A stretch of DNA of 64,000 bases, taken from Hemiscyllium ocellatum (Eukaryota). Location of the stretch: NCBI RefSeq assembly GCF_020745735.1, contig NC_083409.1, forward strand, positions 19,550,341 to 19,614,340, given 5' to 3'. Every line of letters begins with the position of its first letter. Positions within the stretch are counted from its first letter, which is position 1. The position numbers and the translations under genes were made by a program. Shown one piece after another: positions 36,125 through 47,499 of this stretch. The notes beneath the pieces are model-generated. The model saw only the letters and a program-made list of their open reading frames with translations, had not been told where the DNA came from and searched no databases.

Positions 36125-36885
36125 CGAGCTGGGGAGTTGATTTGTAGACATTTTGTCCTCTGTCTCGGTGACATCTTCAGAGCTTTGGAGCTTCCTGTGA
36201 AGTGCTGTTGTGCTGTGTCTTCTGGAATTTATTTGGTTCCATTCCTGCTGTTTCCAGTTATTGGTTCCGGATATTCATTGCAGTGGTCAGTATACTGGGT
36301 CTAGGTCAATCTGTTTATTGATGGAGCCCATGGATAAGTGCCATGCCTCTATAAATTCTCTGGCTGTCCTCTGTTGAGCTTGTCCTATGATCATAGTGTT
36401 GGCCCAATCGAATTTGCGGTCCTTGTCATCTGTGTGTATAGCTACTCGGGACAGCTGCTCATGGGGTTTAGTGGCTCGTTGGTGTTCATGGATGTGGATG
36501 GCTAGTTGTCTGCCTGTTTGTCCGAGGTGTTTCATGCAAATGTTGCATGGATTCTTGTAAATTACATCTGTCTTTCACACGATGGGTATTGGGCCTTTTG
36601 TTCTCGTGGGTTGTCTGAGCGTGACTGTCAGTTTCTGGGCAGTTTATGAGTGGTTGGAGGTCTGTGATGTTTTTATATAAGGTAGCGTGGCTAGTGGGTT
36701 AGGTCGTGGCATACCCTCATCGCGTTGTTTGTCTGTTAGGCATCTGTGGATGAAGTTGTGGGAATATCTGTTCTTGGCAAAGTCTTTGTAGAAATGTTCT
36801 TCTCTTTGCAGATTGGGAGTGCTGCAGTGGGTTGTAGCCCTTTAGAACAGGTTCCTAATGCAACTTCCTAATGCTTCTTCTGTTT
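36125..36885 (-). mobile_element. Penelope-like element 3' part (GIY-YIG endonuclease)
   Basis: GQTGRQLAIHIHEH...FDWANTMIIGQAQQRTAREFIEAWH...INKQIDLDPVY, with a degenerate hammerhead core at ~36144-36186. Confidence 0.85.
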
Positions 36886-38454
36886 GTGGGGAGGGATCAG
36901 GCAGAGAGGAAGAGTCATTGCAGCCATTGTGCAGCATCCACTGTCAAGTTGTCCCATTTCCAATCCCACTGCAATGTCATTGTCTGCCCTGAGACCAAGC
37001 AAATGCTCCCATCACAAGAGGCTCCATGGCCCGGAGGACTGTGAGAGTGAGCCCTCTCCATTCAGCTCGATCATCAAGCTCCAGCCTTCCTCATATGGTG
37101 GCAGCCAGGAGAACCCTGCCCATGGGAGATTCCACACACACTCCCTCCCTCCCTGCAGGGAAAGATGATTCCATGACCCTGCTTTCTCTCGAAAATGATC
37201 CAAATTCAAGTGTTGCTGAAAAAAAGAAACAGTTTGTCAAAGCTTTTGTCTTGCACACAACAAGACAATTTGTAAGAAATAGCACAGCAAAACTCTGGAG
37301 ACCCCAATGGGTCAGGCAGCATCCATGGAGTGAAAGCAAGGCAAAATAAAATGCTTTCATTTGTCTCACTCAAGTACTATATTCTCAAATGACTATTTGA
37401 TCCTGATTTCCTCTTTTCCTTCAGGCTATTGAAATTCTAAAAAGTATTCCTGTCTTTTTATGAATAGAGCACTCTGTTTATGATTATTCATCATTCAATT
37501 CCAATAACTGCATCAAAATGTTTTTCCTGATCTCTTTTCAGTACCTGGTATATGACTGGAGAATATGTCATTTTGCCTTTCAGTTTGTCTGCACTGATAG
37601 TCAATCTACATTTACTGTGTTTATTTGTTTAAGAATTTTTGAACATCAGAATACCCTCCCTCCACTGTTGACATCCTGTCTGGCCTTCACAGAATCACAG
37701 AATTGAGGAATTCCTACGGAGTGGAAGCAGGCCACACAGCCCAGCAAACTCATACCGACCCTTTGAAGGCCATCCCACCCAGACGCACACCTCCCCCACC
37801 CTATTCCTGTAATCCTGCATTTTCCATGGCATTTTTCATTTGCTAGCCTGCACATCTCTTGTGACCCTAGATCCCCTGTCCATGTCCCATTATGTATTGC
37901 CCCTCAAAGCAGCCCCTAACTGTGCACCATATTCTAGCCATGATCTAACCATTCTTCAGGACAGCATGAGAGAGCAGCTGATTAAAGCAGATTCCATATC
38001 AACATGAACATAGAATACAGCGTGGATGTGAAAAGCGTGTTTCCTTTTCGGGGAGAATATCAAATTAAAACAAGTTCCCTCACAGAAGACCGAGATAAGC
38101 AGGTTTTTTTTCTTGAATAAGGTCATAGATCTTTGGAACTCTTCATCAAACATAGAAATGAAACCTCTGAATGCCTGTAGTGAAGTAGTAGATAGCCATT
38201 GCTTTCAAGAATCTATCAGAGTAAGGCAAGAATGTGGAATAATCAGGTCAGCCATTGGGAGCAGGCTCAAGAGGATAAATCTCCTTCCTCTGCCCCTAAC
38301 TCATTTGATCGTGTGTCCAGTTCCACCGTTGAAAGAACAGCGCCTTGAAAGTTTGTGGTTTTCAATAAAGCAGCTGAAGTGGCTACTGGTTTGTGTGGGC
38401 ACGAATGGAAGGGGACTTTACCCATAATCCTCAGCAGCCGTGCAAGCTCTCTCT

Positions 38455-38471
38455 CGCCACTAGAGGGCAGC
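38455..38471 (+). promoter_or_regulatory. Candidate CTCF site CGCCACTAGAGGGCAGC
   Basis: Close match to the vertebrate CTCF core consensus CCAC(C/T)AG(A/G)(G/T)GGC(A/G), in non-repeat sequence. Confidence 0.6.
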
Positions 38472-40879
38472 TGCTTCACTGTCCCTGATCAGTAAAACAT
38501 AAAGTGGGACTCTGCTTGGAGCTGACAGGCTCAATCTGCAGAGACCCAGAGAGAGACAGTGCAGCTTTGGAAGTAGGGTGCTGGGGGCACCACAATGAAA
38601 ATATCCCCTGTGATAAGAAAAGTACTTTGATATGACTTTTGTTTGTCTTCACAGTGTGTTGTTTTGTTCATTCTGTGAAACACGTAGATGATGTTAGTAC
38701 TGAGTAGCACAAAGTATATTTCCTCCTCTAACCCCTTTCCAAAACACACCCTTCATCTTGCTTTACTCCTTATTGACTCTTCTACAATTGTCCCTGTTCC
38801 CTTACTCCGTCCCAGTCCCTGAGGGATTGATGGTCGGAGTTCATGACCCCGCACTGTGTGAAGGTTGGTGTGAAGTGAGGCCAGTGTGTTGGAGCTTGGG
38901 CTCCTGCCTCAGGCCCAGGTGTAGGGACCTGTTCAACAATCTGCACATTGTCCTTTTTGTCTTTCTGACCGTACTGGAGTTTTCAAGCTGCAGTAACTTG
39001 CTGGCAACAAGGTGTCTGGTCTAAAATGTTCCCAGCACTGGACAGATCTCTGCGGTTGATTTTTTTCTCTCTCTCTGGAGTCAGCTCTGTATTCAGTGCC
39101 TGTTATCATTTTGTTAGAGTTCATACGTCAGCTGCTGCTTCCTTGCTATGGACTTGGAAAAAAAATCATCAATGCCTCTTGAGATTTAAATCATTTAACA
39201 TTCCAATGATGTGAATGCATCAGTGTTGTTTATAGCAGGGAGCATTTAACATCATGGTTCTAGGTTTTAATGGATCCTCTCTCGTGATAATACAGTTTGC
39301 AATGTTTCTCTCCCCTTACATGTTATTCAGATGCTTGCAAACCTGTTATGATGAGGACAGTGTGTCTCCAACACCGTGTGATGGAGTGGATGGGTGTTTG
39401 ATTTCTCATCTCATTATCGTCCAGTTTCCAAAGAAAATGCTGTAGTCTTTGAAATGAGATTACCTATAATGTGCATGGATTTTATTTTTGCAATGCCAAT
39501 TTTCATAAACAATATTCTGTTCCATTTTGTAGTTATGTTTGTCAATGAATGTTCGCTGAGATACTGAGAGTTTATACAACATGCCATTTGCCTGTCACCC
39601 AGTTGTTGGCTGAAGCCTCTGATTGTTCGGTGAGTCCAAGCCATTGCCTTGCTCTCTGCAGTTATACCATCAACTTGGTTTCTCAGTGTGAGCCAGGAGA
39701 CCACTGCGTGGTGACTTCCTGTTCCACTGTCGGTGTAAAGGCAAGTGGGAACTGTTGAGGTTAATCCCATCATGAACATCAGAACATTCTGCTCAGCTGG
39801 AACTACATCCACTGACTAATTTCTCTGGCCACCATCGCAGTAAAACCAAATCTCTCCCTTTGTCAGCACAAAGAGAAAGTGCCCATCAGATTCCCTCGTG
39901 TGTTTAGCCCAATAGGAGCAGCACTGGTAGACCATGCTGTATCAGCCTGGACAGAAACTTGGGCAAACTCCAAATGAAACTGTGATCTTCAATGGATCTG
40001 CTGCTACAGGAAATATGTAATTGGACTCCTTGTTAATGAATCACCTCATCAAACTTAAATACAACTGAGAAATTATAAACCAAACCAATTTCCCAAGGTC
40101 ACAACACAACAAGAAAGTGGGGAACAGACAGATACTGTCCCCTGTCTTTAGGGAGATTGCTTTTCCTATCCCCTCTCCCTCTCTGGGTTAAAATTTTTAC
40201 CATCCTTTCTGTGTGAGAATATTACTGTTCCTGTCCCCACTCTCTTGGGGACAGGTGGGGATGTCACATCCACCCAGTTCGTTTGTTCCATTTACTCTTC
40301 TGAAATGGGGAATCCCTGCTTCGCCATGTGTGTGAGCCATGTGTGAAAGTCCAGCACAGCTCACCCTTCATCTCAATCAGATCACTGGGCTCTAAGGTCG
40401 GTCAGTACTGTCTGGACCAGACAAAAGCACTGACTGACTGGAGACAATTCAGATCAAGTCCCAATGAGACTGCTATTGACCTTCACCCTCAAAGCCCACT
40501 GAGGGTGTGGTCATTAGACCCAGTGTTGTCACAAAGTAAGTTCTCCCAGAGATTCATGATCCATTCTAGATTTTACACAAGTGTGCAATGTTGTTGGATG
40601 ACAGGTGGGAAGGCTTGGAGACAAATCATAAAAGGAGAGAGAATTATATTTCTATTATGCCGTTTTTGAGCTTGGATGTTGGAAAATGTTTTACAGCCAA
40701 TTCAATACTTCCGAAGTCCAGGCATTGTTGTGATGTGGGAATTGTGACAGCCTGGGCAAGGCAGATCATATGGCAGCACCACCCAGAGACTGGAGGCTGC
40801 TACTGCAGGCAGGGGACAAACCAGTTGTGCTGTGAGGGAAGGACACTGGAGCACACAAGAACATGAGAAATTGAAGCAG

Positions 40880-41300
40880 GAGTAGGACTTCAATGACTGT
40901 CCATCCTTTCTTAAATACAGGGACCAAAATTGCACACAATACTTCAAATGCAGTCTCACTAACACCCTGTAAAGTTTTAACAAGACTTCTCTACTTTTAA
41001 ATTCCAACCCCAGACAATAAAGGTGAAAATTCCATTTGCCTTTTCAATTCCTTGCTGCACCTGCACTAACTTTCAATGTTTCATGCACAATACTACCCAG
41101 ATCACTCTGTACTGCACTTCTTTGGAATCTCTCACTATTTAAATAATAGTCGGCCTTTCGATTATTCCGAACAAAGTGCATGGTCTTACACTTTCTGATA
41201 TTAAATTCCGTCCACTGTGTATGAGTGTTTCATTTTCAGTTTGGTCACCTCTTTGTGATTGACTGTCTGAATGCATTATCTGTAGTGTGTCCCATTCCCA
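40880..41300 (-). mobile_element. CR1 LINE RT fragment
   Basis: MEFKSREVLLKLYRVLVRLHLKYCVQFWSLYLRKD. Confidence 0.8.
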
Positions 41301-41349
41301 TTTGTTGATGGCCCTGACACTTGATTGTCCAGCCCTTTCCTGCTGGTTC

Positions 41350-44070
41350 CATTCAATGACAGGCAGGAGGTTGGAGGAACACAGCAAGTCAGGCAGCATC
41401 AGGCGGTGAAGAAGTTGATGTTTTGGGTGTAACCCTTCTTCAGGAATAGCGGTGAGTGTAGGTGGAGCTGCAGATAAAGGGGGTGGCGGGGCAAGGTGGA
41501 GAATGGGGATAGATGAAGACAGGCAGATGACACGACCTGGTTCGTTAATGGAAGGAATAAATCTGTTTGGTGGCAGAGAGGAGTTGAAGAAATGGGAGGG
41601 GCTGGGGAGGGAGTCCGGGGATGGGAAGGGAAGGTGTTTGAAATTGGAGAACTCAGTGTTGAATCCTCTGGGCTGTAGGCTGCCCAGGCGGAAGATGAGG
41701 TATTGTCCCTCCAATTTGCGATTTGGTTCATTGTGGCAATGGAGGAAGCCAAAGATGATCATGGTAGAAAGGGAGTGGGAAGGGGAATTAAAATGGGTGG
41801 TGACTGGGAGGTCTGGTCGGCTCCTACAGGCCCAGCTGAGATGCACGACCAACCACTGCCTAAGTTTATGTTTGGTCTTCCCGATGTAGAGAAGACCACA
41901 TCGCCGTCACCTGATGCAGTAAACTAGGTTGGAGGAGAGGCAGGTGAACCTCTGTCTCACTGGAAGGACTGTTTGGGGCCCTGGATGGAGGTCCTGGAGT
42001 TGGTGTACCAGCAGGCTTTGCATCCTTTCCGTTTGCAGGGGAAGGTACCTGGGGGTTCAGGAGAGATGGTGGAGAGAATGGTGCAAACCAAGAATTGTCA
42101 AAGAGAACAGTCCTTGTGGAAGGCAGACAGGGGTAGGGTGAGGAAGACATTCTTGGTGGTGGGGTCTTGTTGGGGTTGGCAGAATAGGATGATGTGTTGG
42201 ATACAGAGATTGGTTTGGGTGATAGATGAGGACAATGGGCACTCTGTCTTTATTCTGTTTGGAGGGGGGTGGGTTTAGAGCAGTGGAATGGGAAATGGAG
42301 GTGGTGCGATGGATGACAGAAGGAGCAAAAGCATGTTGTTCGAAATAGGTGGACATCTGGAATACCTGGGAGCGGAATGTCTCCTCATCCGAGCAGATAG
42401 AGCAGAGGCGGAGGAATTGGAAGAATGGGATGGAGGTCTTGCAGGACACTGGGTGGGAGAATGTATATTCCGGGTAATAATGAGTTTGCAGTAAATGTCT
42501 ATCTGAACACGGTTACTGGAGATGGGAATGGAGAGGTCAATAAGGGGAGGGAGGTGTCCGAGGTGGACCAAGTGAACTTGAGGGTAGGGTGGAAGTTGTG
42601 GGCGAAGACGATGAACTGCTCCAGTTCAGCCTGGGTGCAGGTCACTGCACCAACGCAGTCATCGATGTAATGGTAGAAGAGTTGGGGCACAGTGCCTGTG
42701 TAGGCACTGAAGAGGGACTGTTCAGCATAGCCAATAAAGGGGCAGGGGGAGCTGGGGCCCATCCAGGTACTCATAGCCACCCCTGGATTTAGAGGAACTG
42801 GGAGGAGTTAAAGGAAAAGTTGTTGAGGGGTAGGAGCAGTTCGGCCAGATGGAGGAGGGTATTGGTGGAGGGGGACTGGATGGATCTGTTGGAGAGAAAA
42901 AGAGAGAGGGCCAGGAGGCTGATCTTGTTGGGTATGGACGTTTATAAGGACTGTCCATAGTGAAGGTAAAGTGCTGGGGTCCTGGGAACTGAAGGTTACT
43001 GAAGAGATGGAGGGCATGGTTGGTGTCACAGATGTAAGTGGGAAATGCCTGAACCAAAGAGGAGAGGATGGAGTTGAGGTAGGATGAGAGGAGTTCGGTG
43101 GGGCAGGAGCATGTTGAGATGATGGGTCAGCCAGTGTAGTTGGGTTTGTGGATCTTGGGGAGCAGGTAGAACTGGGCAGTGCAGGGCTGGGGGACTGTGA
43201 GATTGGAGACAGTGGAGGGGAGATTACTGGAGGCAATGGGGGCACTGACAGTGTAGTGATTTTGGCCTGATGGGTCACAGTGGGGTCATGGGCAAGGGGG
43301 AGGTAGAACATGGTGTCAGAGAGTTGGGATTCGGCCTCTGTGACATAGAGGTCCGTTCCCCAGACTACCACCTTTGTTAGTGGGTTTGATGGTGAACCGG
43401 GGGTTGGTACGGAGAGAGTGGATTGCTGCACGTTTTGAGGAGGGGTGATTGGAGAGGGTGAGGGGGGTGGAGAAATTGAGGCGGCTGATGTCACATCAGT
43501 GGTCAGCAATGAAGAGCTCTAGGGTGTGTACACACCTGGTGGTGGGGGGGTTGGGGGGTTACCAAATGGAGGAGGAAGGTTGAAGGTGGGAGGAGGGGTC
43601 CTCAGAGGGAGTTTGGGAGTTTTTGTTAAAGAAGAAGACTCGGAGGTAGAGGCGGCGGAAGAAGAGCTCCACATCCTGGTGAGTGCGGGATTTTTTGAAG
43701 TTGGGAACAAATGTGAGCCCTTTTCTCAGGATGAACCATTTAGACTCAGAGAGTTCGAGGTCGTGGGGGGATAGTAAATAAGGGGCAAGGCTCGGGGTGG
43801 GGGACGAAGTTTTCAGGGGGGTCCGAGATGGCTGAAGGAGGGGAGGGGGAAAGGGTAATGGGAATGGGAGAGAATGGGTGTGGGAGAGAAAGGAGATTGG
43901 GGCGGAGGTGGGTTATGGAGTGAGGTGTGGGAGTGGGAAGGTGGAGATGAGGTGAAGAGGGAGAAGTGGAGGGAGAGGGTGCACTGTGGGGGTGGATGGG
44001 TGAGGAGGGAGAGCGAGTGTGCTGGCTGGCTGCAGGTAGGCAGTTGGACTCAGGGGGACTCTGGGAAATG
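41350..44070 (-). mobile_element. Decayed near-complete Penelope-like element (RT and C-terminal endonuclease region)
   Basis: FFRRLYLRVFF, MGPSSPCPFIGY, YIDDCVG, HNFHPTLKFTW, RLCSICSDEETF, HFNSPSH...LIFRLGSLQPRGFN. Degenerate hammerhead core at 41414-41447. Confidence 0.85.
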
Positions 44071-44159
44071 TAGTCTCAGTCTTGGTTGCAGAGTGGGAGG
44101 GGCCAGAAGTGGAGGCAGATGCTGGAGCGAAGTCAAGGCTGGATTGGGTGTTTTGACCC

Positions 44160-44450
44160 AAGTTCAATTCCAGCCTCAGGCGACTGTCTGTGTGGAGTTT
44201 GCTCATTCTCCAAGTGCCTGCGTAGGTTTCCTCTGGGTGCTCTGGTTTCCTACCACAGTCTAAAGACGTGCAGGTTAGGTGAATTGGCCATGCTAAGTTA
44301 CCCATAGTGGTCAGGGATGTGTAGGTTAGGCTCATTAGTCAGGGGAAAAGCAGAGTAATAAGACAGGGGATTGGGTCTTGGGTAGGTTACTCTTCCAAGG
44401 TCAGTGTGGACATGTTGGGCCAAGTGGCCTGTTTCCTCACTGTAGGGATT
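44160..44450 (+). mobile_element. Partial, diverged HE1/V-SINE
   Basis: V-domain gtctgtgtggagtttgc...gtttcctaccacagtctaaagacgtgc. Confidence 0.7.
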
Positions 44451-45826
44451 TTATGACAGTCCATTCCGGATTCCCACCACCTGTTGAGTGAAAAAGTTCT
44501 TCACCAAATCTTATTTGCAGTATCCATAATGAAATCTTTCAAACCATTCATTTTGTTTAATGTCATTTAGCTCTTGAGCTCCTTGTTCAATAAATATTTT
44601 ATTCTTTTTGATGAAATATGAGTTATCTGACAGGGACAGTTACCTTTGTCCAATCAGGGAGCCCCGGCTGACAGATAAAAAGGGGCATGTCAGAAGGACT
44701 GACACTCTGGGACCTGACTCTGAATAACAACCTGCCAACCAACTTGCCCCCCCTCCCGCTTCTGTCACCCTCAATCTCCCCATGCTTACTCTTGTTTCAC
44801 CTTCGATCCAGCCTGTGCTGCCTTTGGGAGAGGTTGGCCTTCCCTCCATCGCCCAGGAATATGGTCATTATCCCAGAACAGTCACACTTTTAACCTGAGG
44901 GTCATCACAGCTGGGGCAGGGGGAGAGAAGGTGGCACCTTCATGGTGGTCATTCCTGTCATTAATCCACCGTAACCTCTCTTGGGGCTGCAAGAATTCAA
45001 CCTCCCTCCCTCAGACAGCTCCCCTCCCTGGAAGGTAATATTGCTGCACCTTGTTTTGGGTTAATAAACCACTGAAATATGACTATGGGGAGCCAGCATT
45101 GGCTGGGCAGGCAGCCACGATTGACCCTGGATTCAGAAAGTCCCCTTGTAATTGGGCAAAACATTAGGGAGCACAGTCTAGATTAGAGTCGTGCTGGAAA
45201 AGCACAGCAGGTCAGGCAGCATCTGAGGAGCAGGAAAATCGACATTTCTGCATTAGGGAGCACAGTGCCCACTGCCTCTGAAATCCCTCCCTTACTGAGA
45301 ATACACTCTCAGTATTCACCTTTCTCAGCTGCCATCTGAATTTACAATAAATTCTGTGTCCAATGATCCTGCCCCTCCAGCTACCTGATGAAGAAGCAGT
45401 GCTCTGAATGCTTCTACTTTCAAATAAACCTGTTTGACTATCACCTGGAGTTGTTGGATTTTTAACTTCAGCCATCTGAATGAGCTGCCATCTCAGACTG
45501 AATCAGCAGAACGGTTTTCCATTCATGATTTGAGAAGATTAAAGCCTAATCTTAAATCCCCAGCACAAAGCCCATTCTCAATCCATCGCTCAGAGACACA
45601 TACCTCAGAGAGACACCTATAGACAGCACAGAGTAACACACTCACTCTGTGAGACAGGTAGCACTGAGGAACATGATCACACTCCATGCTGCAGATAGGT
45701 GTCTCCGAATGTGGGTGCGTTACTGAACGCTGCCTGTAGGTGTCTCTCTGAGTAACAAATCCACACTGAGAGAGACCCCTCCAAGCAGCATTAAGTTAAA
45801 CACTCACACTCAGAGAGTCACACATT

Positions 45827-46045
45827 CTAGATTAGAGTGGTGCTGGAAAAGCACAGCAGTTCAGGCAGCATCCGAGGAGCAGAAAAACCAACGTTTTCGG
45901 CAAAAGCCCTTCAACAAGAATAGAACTCTATTCCTGATGAAGGGCTTTGCCCGAAATGTCGATTTTCCTGCTCCTCAGATGCTGCCTGAACTGCTGTGCT
46001 TTTCCAGTACCACTCTAATCTAGAATCAGGTTTCCAGCATCTGCA
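45827..46045. mobile_element. Palindromic Penelope-derived repeat with hammerhead core
   Basis: Inverted arms of about 70 bp; CTGATGA-A-GGGC-TTT-GCCC-GAAA-TGTC at 45934-45960. Confidence 0.72.
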
Positions 46046-46433
46046 GTCCTTGTTTTTACCTCAGAGAGACAGAGCTGACAATATCAGTGATTGGCCGAAG
46101 ATTGTTTCAGCAGCTACCCAACATGCAGCAGAGATTGCACAGTGCGATCCCATCAGCTGGACCTGGACCAACAGAGTGAAGAGGGAATGCGTCAGATTGT
46201 ACTTATTGAGTCCTAACAGCTTTCAGTTTCTGTTCTTTTTGGAATCTTGTAACCTGCATAAATTCCTGACCAAAGGGATCATTTGAAAATGATTAATGAT
46301 TGATGATTGTAATTGATTGACAGGCCAACCAGCCAATCTTGACAATGACTTGCTGAAATGCAGCCAATCAACTGGGGGGTGGGGAAGATCATCTATTTCC
46401 AAAGCACACAGAGATAGAGACTGAATCTTCATC

Positions 46434-46439
46434 TTTATT
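46434..46439 (-). terminator. Candidate AATAAA polyadenylation signal of the kappa transcript
   Basis: First AATAAA I found on the minus strand after the C stop codon (about 530 nt downstream). Confidence 0.45.
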
Positions 46440-46965
46440 ACCTTTTCCACATTCACATTGACAGAAAAAAAAACTGCAATTAACAGCCCAGACAGAGGAA
46501 GCTGCTCAAATTCACAGCCACAATGGAGTTTAAGGAAAACATTTGTGGAGAATTGCTCAATAACATGAGAATCCTGTCCCTTCAAACAGTGACAAAACCT
46601 TAAATTGGAACTGACAGCTGAGCAGGAAGGAGATCTGGTTTACTGAAGCAGAGAATTCTGAGGTTCACATTGTTTTGTACAGCTGTCAGTCTTCAGCAAC
46701 TTCAAGAGATTTTACTTGGCATCACAAGTCAACCCTGTCCCCATCAAACACTCCCACAACAGGGACAGCATGGCGTTTGACACAGCATAAAGCTCCCTCG
46801 ACACTGTCGCAATGACCTGCTTTAACATCCAAACCTCAGAAGGTTCTCTGAGCAGTCCTGAGAAGGAAGAGAGTTGAAATTCAGTGCTGACAATGACCTT
46901 TGTCCTGCCAGCTCAGCCCTGTTCTATTTAAAGTTGTGTCTCCTCTGTGGACTGTCTCACACTCT

Positions 46966-47294
46966 CTACACACATTCTGATTTACTGATGCTCTTGCTGA
47001 GGGGAGAGGGGAGGGTCACATGTGTGAGGGCACAGGAGAAGTGAGCGTTGGACTCCCAGTCAGACCCAGAGAGGGTCAGCAGGCTGCTGACACTGTAGGT
47101 ACTGTCCGAAGCTCGCAGGTAGTTGCTAGTCTGAACCCCGTCTGAAATGACTGCACCGTCCTTCTTCCACTGCACCTCCAGCTCATCGGGATAGAAGTGA
47201 TTGGCAAGGCACACCAGGGTGGCAGTGCCCTTGGCATTGACCTGCTCCGGGGAGGGAGGCAGCAGGGTCAGCTTGGGCTGAGAGTTCTCACGGC
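46966..47294 (-). CDS. IGKC: Ig kappa (NS4/type III) light-chain constant exon
   Basis: ttgtctttcAG acceptor, then (S)RENSQPKLTLLPPSPEQVNAKGTATLVCLANHFYPDELEVQWKK...FSCALTHVTLPSPLSKSISKSECV*. Both C1-set cysteines, Trp and the terminal Cys are present, and the phase matches J. Confidence 0.96.
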
Positions 47295-47499
47295 CTGAAA
47301 GACAAGAGAAACAATTTTAATCCCTGCCATTTGAAGGGAATTCAACCCTCACAATATTCACTGGCAATACAATCTTTTTGAACATTTTTAGTCAATACAG
47401 AATAAACCCGACAAAAGAACAGACACTGTTGAAATTGCTTCTTGGGATCTGAGTGTCACTGGCAGGGCCAACATTCATTACCGTCCCTAGTTGCCCCTG

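Noticed and set aside
39414-39812. 132-aa minus-strand ORF in unique sequence
   Set aside because: No recognisable domain, start context or exon structure. It cannot be supported without a homology search.
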